Shown: positions 47,545-60,327 of the stretch, piece after piece | Layout: each line of letters opens with the position of its first letter | Position numbering within the stretch: position 1 is the first letter of the stretch | Source: Hyaloraphidium curvatum SAG 235-1 | Lineage: Eukaryota; Fungi; Monoblepharomycota | Direction of reading: 5' to 3' | Assembly (NCBI GenBank): GCA_025558095.1 | Contig: JAIVFI010000001.1 | Location: 1,054,001 to 1,118,000 of the forward strand | DNA: 64,000 nt | Notes under the pieces: model-generated | What the model saw: the letters and a program-made list of their open reading frames with translations, nothing else | Told to the model about the DNA's origin: nothing | The model's database searches: none | Position numbers and translations under genes: made by a program

Positions 47545-49517
47545 TCATTTCCGGTACGACGCCACCGTTCCGCCCATCCGCGCGTTGAGATAGTGCACCA
47601 CGGCCTCCTCCACCTCGGGCTTCTCGAAAAAATCGCTCCTCCGAATGTCCTCCGGATTGAAACGGCCGTCTCCGAGCATCAGCTTCAAGTCCTCGCTCTG
47701 GCTCTCGACCCATCGGTTCGTAAACCCAGCCGGGTCCGACGCGAAGGCCAGCATGAAATTGCGCTTCAGCCGGCTCGCGTCGAGATCGCGGCAGACCTCG
47801 ACAATCTTTGCGTCGAGGCTGGCGATCTCCTTTAACCTCTGCGGACCCTGCGGGCCACCGTTTGCCAGAGGAACCATCCGGCTCTTGATCGGATCGTCGA
47901 TCTCCACTTCGACATCCCACGCCGTCTTTGACAGGTGCTTGTCGACGTCGACGCGGACCTGGTACTTGATCTCGATCGGATCCAGCGGGGTCAGATGGCG
48001 GTTCAAGTGTTCGGGGATTTGGGGGAAGAGAAGGCCTCGCACACCAAAGACCTGATGGGGAGGTGCGAATAAGGCACTTCTCGAGTGCGTACAGCGCCCG
48101 CACGTACCTGCTGGAGCTCGGTGTCCAGGTTAATCATCCGCTTGTCCTCCGTGTCCAACAGCTTCTGCATTTTGATGTATTGCCAGAGCTTGTTGACCAA
48201 GCCCGCTCTCGTCTCCGGCCCGTTGATGCTCAGGATCCGCGCGAGCGCCGGATTCACTTTGAACCTCTCCGGGTTGTAGTCGGGAACAATGAGGATTCGG
48301 ACGTCAACGGGCTCATCCCCTTTCCGCCGAATCTCGAAGCCGTCAGCCAGGTTGGCGCCATGCTGGCCCGCCATGGATAATTGGTCCTTCCTCCACTGCA
48401 CAGAAACCGTGTCAACCAATGCAGACCATTCGGCAGCTCCAAGTATCAACTGACCTCAACGAAACTGCTTTCTGCATACAGGCTCTGGTCTCGCTGGATC
48501 TCGACGACGATGCTCTTGACAAAGGACGTGAACTTGGGTTCCGGAGCTCCGGTCTTTTTCCCTTGCCCGGGCTGAAACAGGACCATAAGCATTTGTCGGG
48601 GAACGGATCCGCCGAAACCCACCACTTCCAGCAGCCGTCCCTCTATCCGAAGCGTCCAGCTGGGGATGCCAGAGTCCATGTCGAGCATCTTGTTCAAATC
48701 AATGCCTTCGGCCTCCGTCTGCCACGGTTGGTCGTGCGCCTGATTCGACACAAAAATGCGCAACGTCCGCTTTTGCTGTCAGGGGAACGAGTCAGAGGGC
48801 ACCCACGGCGAACCAGAAAAAAGGACGAGACGGACCCTCATGGGCTTTCCCAGCGCGTCCTGAATGTCGAACTTCTTCTTGGAGATGTTGATGTCGAGCC
48901 GCTTCTCAAATTCGACGAGCTGTTGGTACGTCTTCGCCTCGGGAATGAGCGTGGTGACCTGGAAAGGAACTTCTGAGCCCGGATCCGGTTCCTCCGACGC
49001 CGTAGCCGACCTCTACGGGAATTCTACGATCCGTCGGCCGCTTCAACGTCCTCGGTTTCGAAAAGTCCATGGACGGGTCCTCGAACCGCGGCCCGGGCAG
49101 ATGCCCCGGCGGCATCTGCTGCGGCGGCCGTCCCTGCGCATACGGCATCCCCATAGGCGCATAGCCCTGCGGCGGCATGCGTTGTTGCGGGTACGCGGGC
49201 TTCACGCCCGGGCCCATGGGCGGGCGCGGGCCGGGCCGAACCGGTCCGCCCGGCGGGGGTCGCGGCGTGCCCACGCCGGCCATGCCGTACTGCGGCCGCA
49301 GGGGCATCCCGGGGCGGCCCGCGAGCGGCGTCGGCGCGTACTGCATTTGCTGCATGCCGACCATGCCCGGCGACACGCCGACGTTCTGCCCGGGCCGGAA
49401 CGCCAAAGGAGTCCCCATCTGCGCGTTCAGCATGCCCGCTGGCCGCGCCATGCCCGCGCTAAACTGTTGGTACGGCACGGGCGTACCGAACATTTGCTGC
49501 GGCCGAGCCGGGTCCAT
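47545..49517 (-). CDS. SWI/SNF/RSC BAF60 (SMARCD/Snf12) subunit, SWIB domain
   Basis: Pro/Gly/Met-rich N-terminus, KRPTDR, TLRIFVSN, WTLRIEGRLL, DGFEIRRKGD, LWQYIKMQKL, RNFMLAFASDPAGFTNRWVESQSEDLK. Confidence 0.92.
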
Positions 49518-49695
49518 GGCGGCAGAGGCCCGACGCGAGAGGGGAGCGTGATGGACGCCGTGCGCCTCTTCAATGCTGGGGACAAGAAGGCTTTCTTTCA
49601 CGGCTGTGGTATCGAGCAATTCACATCTAGCAAATACAACCGCAGGGGAATCGACGTAGCCAAGTCCCGGGCCCGAGCTCTCCACTTTTCGCGTC

Positions 49696-51139
49696 CTATT
49701 GGGGGGGAGAGGAGATGCCGTTCCCACCCATTGCAAGTTCGGCCTGCATGCGCTGGTGCTCGTTTGCGAGCAACATCATCTGCTCGTCGCTCAAGAGGGG
49801 ATCCTGCACGCCAAGGCATCAGACGTTGCCCCACGAGCCCACCGCCGGCAACCCACCTTGATCTCCCACACGTTTGCCTTTCCACCCACGCTGAACTCAA
49901 GATCCTCCTTCGTGATCGAGTCCCAGTACTTGTAGACCATCATCACGCCCAAGAGGGTGAAGATGGTGACAAAGAATATGCCGTCGATGTAGTGCTTCGC
50001 GCTCTCGCAGATGGTCGTGCTCAGGATGTAGAGGAAAATGAGCCCGATGATGAAGAACAAGAAGCCAAAGAGGATGTCGCCGAGGGGCCACCGGTCCTCG
50101 AGGGTGTTGAGCACCAGCACGATTTGGAGCAGGACGTAGACGATGATGCACGCGGTGTCGAAAATGAACCACACCACGAATATGCCCGTCGGCCGGTTTG
50201 CCGCGAGGCCGGCATAGTTTAGGAACGTCCCGATCGAAATGAAGTAGACGATTCCGAAAATGAGAAGGGAGGAAAGGCGAATGGACTGGGATGATGATCA
50301 GCCACAATCTGGCAGTAAATCCGACTCGGGCACCTACCCAGAGGGAGAGGGGTGTTCCGTCCTCGGCCCATTGAAATCCGACGAAGCCGTTGAGCAGCAG
50401 GCACCAAAAGCTTGCCGAGGTCAGAGCCCCAAGGCCCGCTGCGAAATACTACAAGCAAGGCGGATGTCAGTCCTTTCCTTCGGATGCCGACTGCAAAACG
50501 CACCGGGTATACAGATGAAGCCGTCGGGATGATCCCCGAAACCAGCAGGAACTCCAACACGACGGTGCCCATGTACATGTAGAAGAAAATGACGATTTCC
50601 TTTCGCCCTGCGCGAGAGGTCAGCGATACTCCGCAGAGCTGGTTGCCGGCGCTCGAAACCCACCGACGGCGGTGTACTTGGACTTAATGTGGTAAATCAT
50701 GATGGAGGTCATGACAATTGCAATGACATAGATGACCAGCGTTGCTGTAGCGGGAGGGTGTCGGGTGAGTTGACGGTTCCAAACGCTCTGCCCTGCCCTC
50801 CGGAGATTGGGTGCACGAGAACGTCGCCAAAATGCTAGACAGAAAGCGAGACCAGCAGGAGGCCTCGCAAGCGCCGTTCCATAGAGCAGCCTCCACAGCA
50901 AGCAACCACTCCGCCTCGCCGCCGCAGACGCCCGAATGCCTGCTGCCCGCAAGCGCCCGCGGCCTCCTCACATCCCGAAGCAACAGCGTACCTGGTTGAA
51001 AAATGAGCTGGTTCGAAATCTCGACGTTCCTGGCGTAGCATTCCGGCTCAATCTGAGCCCCGACCAGCGGGCAAACCGTCAAGGCCGCCTGGTTGCAGAA
51101 GTAGTCGAAGCTCCCGAACTTGAAAGCGGGAGTCGCCAT
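49696..51139 (-). CDS. CHS7: Chitin synthase export chaperone
   Basis: [69 protein letters not shown]. Confidence 0.93.
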
Positions 51140-51636
51140 TTTGGCAGGTCAAGCAGGAGGATTCAGGCAGGAGGGCAGGATGGCGGAGGTGGGCCGCGGG
51201 CGGGGAGTTGTTGCTTCGCCCCGAGGGCGGAGGGCGGTCCGAGGCGGGCGACACAAGGCTAAGCGGAGCCGTCCATGAAAGGCGGGCAGTCGCTCCCGCG
51301 CAAGTCTGCGCGGAAGTCCAGTCCGGACCCGCGCTTTGTGGCCGACAGCTGCGGTTGGCCCGAAGGGGAGGTGTGGGGCGCACCCGCCCGCGTGCAAGCC
51401 CAAACGGGGAGGGGTTCGCCCTCTGGCTCGAGCACCTTCCGCCCCATGGCTTGGAATCCAACACCAGAACCATTTCAGCAGGCTTGGGAATCTTTCCATC
51501 CTATGTACACGCGCCCGCGCCTAGACAAAGACTCAAGGAAACAACTAGAGAGAGCTTCATCACCCGAAAAATCATCGGCGCCACAACAGGAGCCACCTAG
51601 TCCAACAGTCTTCTGCGAGTCCGCACTCAAGAAGGG

Positions 51637-52269
51637 TCAAGCCACTTCCGTGAGCAGTTGCTTCTCGAGGATATACTTTCCCTGAGAGCCAATTCAGCAT
51701 AGCGATCTAGTATTAAGCGTCCACGCCCACCTCCTTGTACCGCTGGTCTTCCGAGTACGCTCGCTCGTACTTCCTGGTGGTGAACTGCGTCAGGACTACG
51801 AAACAAGGCTCTTGGAGCACACACCAGCCGATGAGAGTGTTGCAACTAGAGCAATAGACGTCGCGAACGGAGTGCAGGCCGGTCGTCATGGAACGCTCCT
51901 CGAGGGGCCCCTCGAACACGTTGACCACTTTGCTGAAAAGATATCCCCGCCCGTATTGACCCTGGAATGCCTTTGAAAGCACCTCATCGTTCGTAGAGAG
52001 GTGGGTTCGGCATTCCGAGCAGCCAAAGATCCGGGTAGCACCTTCGCCGTCGAGGAACCGCCTTGTGAGTAACGCAACAGGCAACGGAGTCCGGGGTCGT
52101 GCAGGATATGGCAAGATGTGGTGGGGCCCACGAGGAAGAGGCGTCGGACGTGAATCACGGGAGACAACGGAGTTCATGCCACCCGGGTGGGCGGAATCCA
52201 GGATCAGGCGTCAGAAGCGTCGTTGAATAGTTGCTCGCGACATGGGACGAACCGATAGATCAATCCCAT
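51637..52269 (-). CDS. Yippee/MOH1/YPEL zinc-binding protein
   Basis: MGLIYR|RFLDG..IFGCSECRTHL, SKAFQGQYGRGYLF, MTTGLHSVRDVYCSSC..IGW|KYERAYSEDQRYKE|GKYILEK. Confidence 0.92.
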
Positions 52270-52648
52270 GGCGGCCCGGGGCCACAGATGTTGGCGCGCC
52301 ACTCAAGGCCGAGGTCCGTCCTTGGCGGCCAAAGAACACCGAATCGTCCGCGGAACCGACAGAAGAGTGGTTCAAGAGGCGCGATGCGGCAATTTTCGTT
52401 CCGGAAAGCGGCTGCCTGCCGTGGTACACGGCACCGGAGTGTGAGGGATCGCACGACATGTGCCCAGGTGACCTGCCTGTTCGAGGTTTTCGGCCTGCCC
52501 ACAATTCCGCCCCAGGAACGGGCCAAAGCGCCTTTCAAATTGGACGTCGTGTTGGCAGCAATGCTTTTGCTATTGTCCCCGTGAAACTGGGCAGCCTCTT
52601 GCGTACGGACAGGACGAACAGGGGCTGCGGACGCTGTGCTTGTCGGCG

Positions 52649-53609
52649 ATGGCTCCGCGGATCTGCGGCCAGACGGTGGCTCTGGCATCACTCTTCGTAG
52701 TGGCAATCGGCGCCGGGACGGCATTAGGATTCCAAACTTGGTAGGATACCGGCCTTCCTTGGCCCGTGGGGACCCGCGGTCTCATTCCGTCACGGTGTCG
52801 CGCAAGGTGGTACATCCAGCGACCCCCCGTTTCCATTCTCAGACCCGCAGAGCAATGGCCTCCCAGCTTTCAGAACATGCAGAGCATCAGCTTCTTTTTC
52901 GTTTGGGCGGCCAGCGCCATGGGGGTCATGGCTGCTCTTGGCCTGAGCATCGTGACATGCACGTGGTGGTCGAAGCCGCGAAGACGGAGCATCACGCAGA
53001 TTTCCGTCGGGGCAGTAATGGGTGAGCTTCGTTGCTCGCGCTGAGAAGCACATGACGCTGAGCAACACGCATGGCTTGCGCCTGCTCAAAGTCTGCGTCG
53101 CCGTTGCTGCAGCTGCCATGAGCAACTTTCCGGGCAACATTGTGTCGTTTCTGGCCAACTTCAAGCTCACAGATTGCTTTCAGATTGTCGCCAATGTTGA
53201 CAAAGATATCGGTGGGCGTGGGGCGTTGATTTTCTTCCCTGTCCTTGTCATTGATTCCGCCGTTGCTTATCCTATTCACCTAAATGATACAGCTGAGTTA
53301 CAGTTCAACTTCACCATCCCTCCCTTGCAGCGGCAGCAGGAAATGGACTCGATCGCCTACGAGGCCTTTGCCTGCAATGCTTCGCTCGTGTCCCTCGCCG
53401 GCAACGCGATCGCCGCGATGTTTTGGACCATCCTGGCCATTCCGGCCGTCTTGGCACTCATAAAAGATCGTGAGAAGCGAAAGAATAAGGAGCTCGGGAC
53501 CACGGGAGGGGTCGAGATCGGCGGGCTGTCCACCATTCGGATGCTGAGTCCGAGTGCGCTGGGCCTTAATGGTCGCCAGCGCGAAGTACCAGCTTCTTCG
53601 TATCTGTAG
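52649..53609 (+). CDS. Hypothetical four-TM protein with a large loop between TM3 and TM4
   Basis: Spliced MAPRICGQTVALASLFVVAIGAG...; FFFVWAASAMGVMAALGLSIV; ISVGAVM|VCVAVAAAAM; LAGNAIAAMFWTILAIPAVLALI. Confidence 0.5.
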
Positions 53610-53723
53610 AAGAGTTTCTGGCCGACAGATCCGCAGAATTGAAATGATTCGTGCGCAGACTGTAGCGAGATCGTTGCGAGATCCCCGCCGACACAAACAA
53701 CACGTCAGCGACGTCTCCACAGC

Positions 53724-55273
53724 ATGCCACCGAGGAAGAAGCGCGACGCGCGGCCTTCCCTGAACAGTAGCGGTGCCGCATCGGACGTTCCGACCGCGAC
53801 CGAGGGGCTTGAAGCGCCCGCTTCCGCTTCGCGGACCGAGATCTCTGACGACGTGCTGCCCTCCGACATTTCCACGGATACCCGCGTTGCCTCCGGCGAA
53901 GCGCCCGAGAAGCCGGCAATGATCACTCTAGCGACAACGTACACGGGTCGGCTTGGCTACGCGTGCCTGAACACGGTCCTCCGGAACGCGAAGCCTCCGG
54001 TCTTCACCTCGAGGACCTGTCGCCTCGCGACTGTGGCCGAGAAGGGCATAGACTTTGCCAAGGAACTGTGGGTTTCGTTTCTGTCGCGTTGGATCTTCCT
54101 GACGCCCGTGCTTGACACCTCGGCGGCCCTCCGGCCCCGCGGCCTACAGTGCCCTGCAGAATGTGCATGATCTGACGCCTATGCTGGAATGGAACGAAAA
54201 GCACCACAGTAAGCACTTTCTCGCGATGCTCCCTTTCCATTGGCTCATCTCGCGCCGCGATCTCCGCCAGTCCGCTTCATGAGGCTCTCGAGCGAGATGT
54301 TCCCCTTCGCGAGCCACGAGAAGCACGGATACCCCCTCGACTTTGCTAGGGAGCCCCTGCGCCAAGTCGGAGCGCTGGCCAGACGGCTCGGCCACCGGCT
54401 CACGTTCCATCCCGGCCAGTTCACACTCCTCTCCTCGTCTGATCCCGGCATCATCCGGCGGAGCATGGCGGACCTGCAGATGCACGCGGACATCTTCAAC
54501 CTCATGGAAATGGGCCCAGACAGCGTGACGATCATCCACGGCGGCGGCGCGTACGGGGACAAGGAGGAGGCGCTGCGGCGCATCGAGCGCAACATCCTGG
54601 CGCTGCCGAAGGACGTCAGGGACCGGCTCGTGCTCGAGAACGACGAGATCGTGTACTCGGTCGAGGACTTGCTGCCGATCTGCGAGCGCACCGAAGTGCC
54701 GCTGGTTCTCGACTGGCACCATGCGTCGATTCTCCCGAGCGAGCACCCCTCGGAGCACTACCTCGACCGCATCCTTGCCACTTGGAAGAAGCGCGGCATC
54801 AAGCCCAAGATGCACTACAGCGAAAGCCGGCCCGGTTCGTGCACTCGTTGCTGTCCGTTGCTGTTCTTTGACAGCCGTTCACCACAGGCGCCAAGACTCC
54901 CATGGAACGCCGCGCGCATTCCGACCGCGTCAAGATCCTCCCTCCGCACATGCCGCCCGGCGACCTGGTCGACCTGATGATCGAGGCCAAGGACAAGGAG
55001 CAGGCGGTGCTGGACCTCTACGAGCGGTACGGCATTTTTCCGGTCTCGCCGGAGGCAAGGGTCCCGCCGGCGCCCGCGGAGACGCTCGAGACCAAGGGCC
55101 GGAAGCGGAAGGGCAAGAAGGCCAAGGAGGTGGAGGAGGTGGAATCCGAGGCGGTGACCGGGGAGGTCGAGATCGTGCCCGAGGCGTCGGCGATCGACGA
55201 TCCGTGCTGCTCGGCCGGAGAGGCGGAGGTGGTGGTACCCAAGAAGCGCACGCGGTCGGCAAAGAAGCGGTGA
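53724..55273 (+). CDS. UVE1: UV-damage endonuclease
   Basis: GRLGYACLNT, FTSRTCR, FMRLSSEMFPFASH, RLTFHPGQF, IIHGGG, LVLENDE, PLVLDWHH, KMHYSE, RAHSD, DLMIEAKDKEQAV. Confidence 0.95.
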
Positions 55274-55408
55274 TCGGAAGTGAAGGAGGTGCGCTGTATC
55301 CATCGATTCCCCAACACCTCTTCTCAGACATCGTGTCTCCCACCCACCTCATTCCCCTTCGCGCTTCATCGTCTGTGTTTCTTCCTTTCTTCTTCCTCCA
55401 TTTCCTCC

Positions 55409-56617
55409 ATGTCCGACACGGAACCCCCGATCCTCATCGACCACCCCGCGCCGGGCATCCAGCGCATCACCCTCAACCGCCCCGGCAAGCGCAACGCGCT
55501 CTCCACCCCGCTGAGGAAGGCCCTTTTTCAGGCCCTCTGGCGGGCCGACGACGACCCGGAGATCAAGGTCACGATCATTCGGGGGGCAGGACCGTGCTTC
55601 TCGTCCGGATACGTGGGTCGGAACGGGCACGGCTGGCGCTTGGGCTGAACACACCGGCGTGGCCAGGACCTCGATGCTTCCGACAGGAAGATCCGGAGCG
55701 ACCCTTCGCAGGCACCCTACCATTCTGCCGGTGGCGATGGTTACTGGTGACCCGCCCGCTTGCCCTCATTTCCCCGTGCTGACTCGCGGACGGACCTCCC
55801 ACCTCTTCCCCGCCTCCCCTCACCGACCCCGCGCACGCAAGGGCCCGCCATGTCCTTCAGGGCTGGCTGACAATGATGGATCTCGCGAAGCCCGTGATTG
55901 CCCAGGTGCATGGTTACTGCCTCGCCGGCGGATCGGAGCTCGCCGCCGCGTGCGACTTGACATACGTCGCGACGGACGCGAGAATCGGGTATCCCCCCGT
56001 GGTCGGTTTCCTCTTCCTTTTTCTTTTTCCCTCCGAAGAAGCACGGCTGACCCCCGTTTTCGCTCTCCTGCCCCCATTGTTGCTGCGTCGTTCCGACCCC
56101 GGCACCGCAGCGCCTCATGTCCCCTCCGGACACCCAATACCCCGTCTGGCTCATGGGCATGAAAAATGCGATGGAGTACATGCTCTTGGGCGATGCCATG
56201 ACGGGCGCCGAGGCCGTCGAGCGCGGGTTCGCGAACCGGCACTTCCCCGCGGACCAGCTGGAAGAGGAGGTGCTCAAGATCGCAAAGAGGGTGGCGCTGG
56301 TGCCGTCGGAGCTGCAGCAGTTCAACAAGCGGTCCGTCCACCGGGCGATGGAACACATGGGTAAGTTGAGTATGATCGGCCAGAAAGCACCTTGGCCTTG
56401 ACGCTGCGGCGCAGGCATGCGGGCCGCGCTCCGCGCGGGCACCGAGATGCAGGCCCTCGCTTTCCACCAGCCCGCCTCGTCGAGCTACATGAAGCGCTTC
56501 CTGGAGCCCGGCGCGGTCAAGGGCCTGCTCAGCGAGCGGGACCGGGCGTTCGGGGACTACCGCGAGGACGACGAGAAGGGCGAGGGCGCCAAAGAGCGCA
56601 AGAAGGCGAAGCTCTGA
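55409..56617 (+). CDS. Enoyl-CoA hydratase/crotonase family protein with PTS1 (AKL)
   Basis: RITLNRPGKRNAL, RGAGPCFSSGYDL, KPVIAQVHGYCLAGGSELAAACDL, C-terminal KAKL*; 4 introns. Confidence 0.9.
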
Positions 56618-56632
56618 CGGCACGGTGTATTC

Positions 56633-58233
56633 TCACGCATCGACGAACGCCACCGGCGCCGCTGCGTGCCCGGCGCCTTTTTCCACCGCCCCGCAGTACT
56701 CGGCCAACCTCCTCTTGACCTCCCCGATCCGCTCCGAGAGCAGCGGCACCATCGCCACCTCGAACCGCAGCCTGCTGGCCCCGCCATCGGGCAGGGGCCC
56801 GCCGAGCGTCGCGGAGGAGGGCATGGCGAGCGAGTCGCGGAGCTTGGATGCCGGGGCCGGGGGGTGGAGGCCGTCCTCCCCGGCGGGGGCGGCGACCGCG
56901 GTCGTGGGGGTGTCTTCAAGCTCCGCGTCCCAGTCCTCCTCCTCGTCGTCGTCCCCCTCCCCGGCGACGGGCTCCTCCTTTATCAACACCTCGATCTTCA
57001 CCTGAGGCACCTGCGCCGGCACCGACGCCGCCACTCCCTCCCTCCCGAGCAGCTCCAGCAAAAGCTCTTGATCCCCTTCCTCCGCCATCCCCGTCTCGTC
57101 CTCGGCCGAGTCAGCGAAATCGAGGAGCACCCGTGCGAGATCGAGGTCGCGCCGGTAGCGCCGCAGCACCTGCGCGGCGGGGAGGTCCGACGATGCGAGG
57201 GCGGGGCCGGCGAGCTGGAGGGCGCGGTCGTGGAGGAACCGGAGGTCTGCGAGCGGGGATCGGGCCGGATCAGATCGGATAAAAGCTTTGACCGGGGAGG
57301 TGCACCCACCCTCGACGTGGTGCGCGAAAAGCCGCATGTTCTCCGCGTCCCGCCTGACCTGCTCCTGCCTGCCCGCCACCTCGCCCGGTATCTTGAGCCC
57401 CAGCGCCGGCGCGCCGTCCTCGGCGTCGGTGCCCTCGGACAGCTCGGCAAAGTCGTCGTCCCACGCCTCGGCGCGCTCCGCGGGGTGGCGGTCCTGCCGC
57501 CGCTGCAGCTTGGCGGCGACCGAGGGGAGGTAGAATTCCTGGCCGGCGACGTCCGACGGGAGCAGGGGGATGCCGGCGAGCGGCGCCGAGGCGGCGCGGC
57601 GCAGGACGGCGGGGCCGTCGGCGGGGTCGCCGGGGAGCAGCTGCATGTCGCTCGGCGGCAGCATGCCGGGGAGGTCCTCGAGGATTTTGGAGGATGCCGA
57701 GGGCGACAGGGTGTGCTGCGACTCGGTGTGAGCCAGGCTGGCCGACGAGCCGGCGCCGGGCGACGGCACGCCCGACGCGCTGCCGGCGACCGACGCCATG
57801 CTGCCTGTGCCCGAGTGCACGCTGCGCTTCGAGGACGAGCGCCTGCCGAAGGCGAGCAGGCTGCGCGGAAAGCGGGGATGCGGGGGTGCGGGGTCGTCCG
57901 GGCCGCCCCCTTCGGGGCTGCTGCCGCGGGGGGCGGAGCGGGCGAAGGAGAAGCTCTGCACGCGGCGGCCGAGCTCGCGGATCGGCGAGGCGGGGCTCAG
58001 CTGCGCGGGCGCGGGGGCCGGGGCCGCGGCGGCGGGGCTGTTTGCGGCGGGCGCGGGGCCCGCGGGCGGCTGCGGGGCCGTGCCGATGCCGAGCGATGCC
58101 AGCTAAACGGTTTCCGAGTGCGGCGCGGGCGGTCAGCGGCTGAGACGGCGGGCGGCGGGGCACGCACCGCCGAGGCAAGCTTCGCCAGGGGCCGCCGCGC
58201 GTCGCGCTGTTTGGCGGGCCGGGCGTCGCTCAT
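56633..58233 (-). CDS. Hypothetical protein with WDDDF/WDAEL acidic motifs and coiled coil
   Basis: Spliced MSDARPAK...LASA|LASLGIG...; AWDDDF, LKIPGEVAGRQEQVRRDAENMRLFAHHVE|DLRFLH, EEDWDAELE. Confidence 0.55.
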
Positions 58234-58472
58234 CGCGGGTGCGCCGGGGCCGCAAACACTGCCGGTCTTTCCCTCTGCCGAAAAGCGACGGTGGCACCGG
58301 CCGGCCGGGGTTGCGGTGCCAGAGGATTCGGGGCTTTGGAGTGCTCGATCGGCGGAGTCGCGGAGTGACGCATGCACGCGCGCACAAACACACCCGGGCC
58401 GTGCAAACACGCCTCGGATTCCTCCGCTACAAAGCTCCCGAGTCCGCAGTGCACGCGATCGCCCGCCGTGCG

Positions 58473-60122
58473 ATGCAGCCCGTCGCGCTGCCCGCCCGCG
58501 AGCTCCTTGCCGCGTTCCCCGGCGGCCAGCGCTCCCCGCCCTTCCTGCCGCGCGTTCCTCGCCCCGGGACGTCTCTGCTGCCCGCCACGCCCGACTTTCC
58601 CTTCCACGCTCCGTCGGAGCTCCCTGAACTCGACGCCCTGCGCGACGCCGATCCGCTGGTGCCGGCTGCGATGCTGCGGGCTCTGGATCGCTGCCCGGGC
58701 GCCGCGCCGCTCGCATGGCTGCTGCGTGCGCAGCTCGCGCTGGGCCGCCTCGGGCTGCGTGTCCTGCTGCGCTGGGCCGTGGCCAACATGCCCTTTGGCG
58801 TCCTGCTCGCTCCCATATTCGTATTCGGCGGCGACCGCTTCTCGCAGCACAGCGTGGCCGTCGGGACCGCCGCGGCGTGCTTGCTTTTGCTGGCCAGCCC
58901 TCTGGCGTTCCTCACTTCCATAAGAATGACCTATGGGGTACGTGGACTCGGTGCCCCGGGAGGAGCCGCGCAGGCTCCGCAGAAGCCCAACTTCAACCTG
59001 CACGCCTTCGCGGGCCTCATCAGGTGGATCCAGCTCATGGAGCCAGGGTCGACTCCTAACGGGGATCCCGAGCATGCATCAGAGCCGAAGCCGCCCGCTT
59101 CGGCACCGTCTGAAGTCGTACTTTTGGCCCACCAGGACGGCGACTCGGCTTGTCCGTGCCCCCGTGTTTCATGTTCCGGCGGACTGCCGCAGGCGGCATC
59201 CACATTTGCCCTCCTCGACATTGCCGCCAAGATGATTGTAGGATTTGTTAATTCGGTCTTCCTTTACTGGACGGCCCTGATTACCCTCGGTGGATACACC
59301 TGGACTTCTTGGTGGGGCGCGCTCCTGGGCGTCTGGGCCGTGCTGGGGTGGTTTGTCAACATCCCCGTCACCAACCTCGTCCGGCGGACCACCAACACCC
59401 GCCTGCTCGCGCTCCAGGGGCGAATCCACCGCCGTTTGCTGGGCATCGCCCTCGCAGACCTGGTGGAGCGCTCCTGGCTGGCTATCTCGTGCACCGCCCC
59501 GGTATCGGAGCTCCTGTCGCCCTCGCCCGAGCCGTACGAAGTGCTGCACGCCCAGATGACCACGGTGTGGCGCAGTGGCCTCGAATTCCTCGCCTTTGGC
59601 CGCCTGGGCTACGTCTTCTTCCTCGCCGAGTTCGCGACCTGTGCCGCCATCAACGCCATCGGCGCGGGCTGTATTCCCCTGTGGTAGGTCGCGGTTACCC
59701 CCCCGTGGCTGCCGTACTCATCCGTCCCGTCCGCCTGTAGGACAATCTTTGGTTTCCTGTACGTCCTGGCTCTCTTCATCGCGGACCTCATCAACGTGGC
59801 AGCGTCCAACAACCAGATCGAGGCCACCGATCACCTCATGGGCCGCGTCCGCGCCGACCTTCAATCCTTCCTCGTGCGCGCCGCGGTCCTCGGCGGGGCC
59901 GAACGGCAGCACGCGTGCGATGCCGTCTCGCGGCACGCGGACCTCCTCGCGACCCTGTGCGCCTCCTCGTCCGCCAGCATGGGCACCCTGCTCGGGTTCA
60001 GGATCACGTTCGGCGTGCTGAGGCGGATGGCGGTCACCGTGGTCACCGTGGCCGTCGCGCTGTACACCGTGCTGAGGGGGTCGGGGATCTACCTGACCCC
60101 GGAAACGGTGTGTCCCGGGTGA
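58473..60122 (+). CDS. Seven-TM protein, candidate gustatory-receptor-like (7TM ion channel) family
   Basis: Seven hydrophobic segments with alternating long and short loops; terminal TLLGFRITFGVLRRMAVTVVTVAVALY; one intron. Confidence 0.6.
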
Positions 60123-60327
60123 GCAGCCGCGGTGTTCCGTGCCGCGGATGTGCTCGTCCGCACGGGTTCATGACGCACGCAGAAAAGCAAATGAATGGAT
60201 TTCGTGCCAGATATGCGGGGAATGCCTTCACAGGCACCGCATTGCACTTTTCGGTGCTCACCTGGCCCACGTAGCGCTCGCGAGCTACAATTCTGTTCCA
60301 TTCGACATTGCCCGCCTCGCCGCACGT

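Noticed and set aside
48906-49736. Apparent CHS7-BAF60 read-through fusion
   Set aside because: The CHS7 last exon ends SPPQ* at 49696 in a different frame; the BAF60 upstream extension has no ATG start
56666-58627. 653-aa + strand ORF, and similar long antisense ORFs such as 26384-28090
   Set aside because: Antisense shadows of GC3-rich genes on the opposite strand
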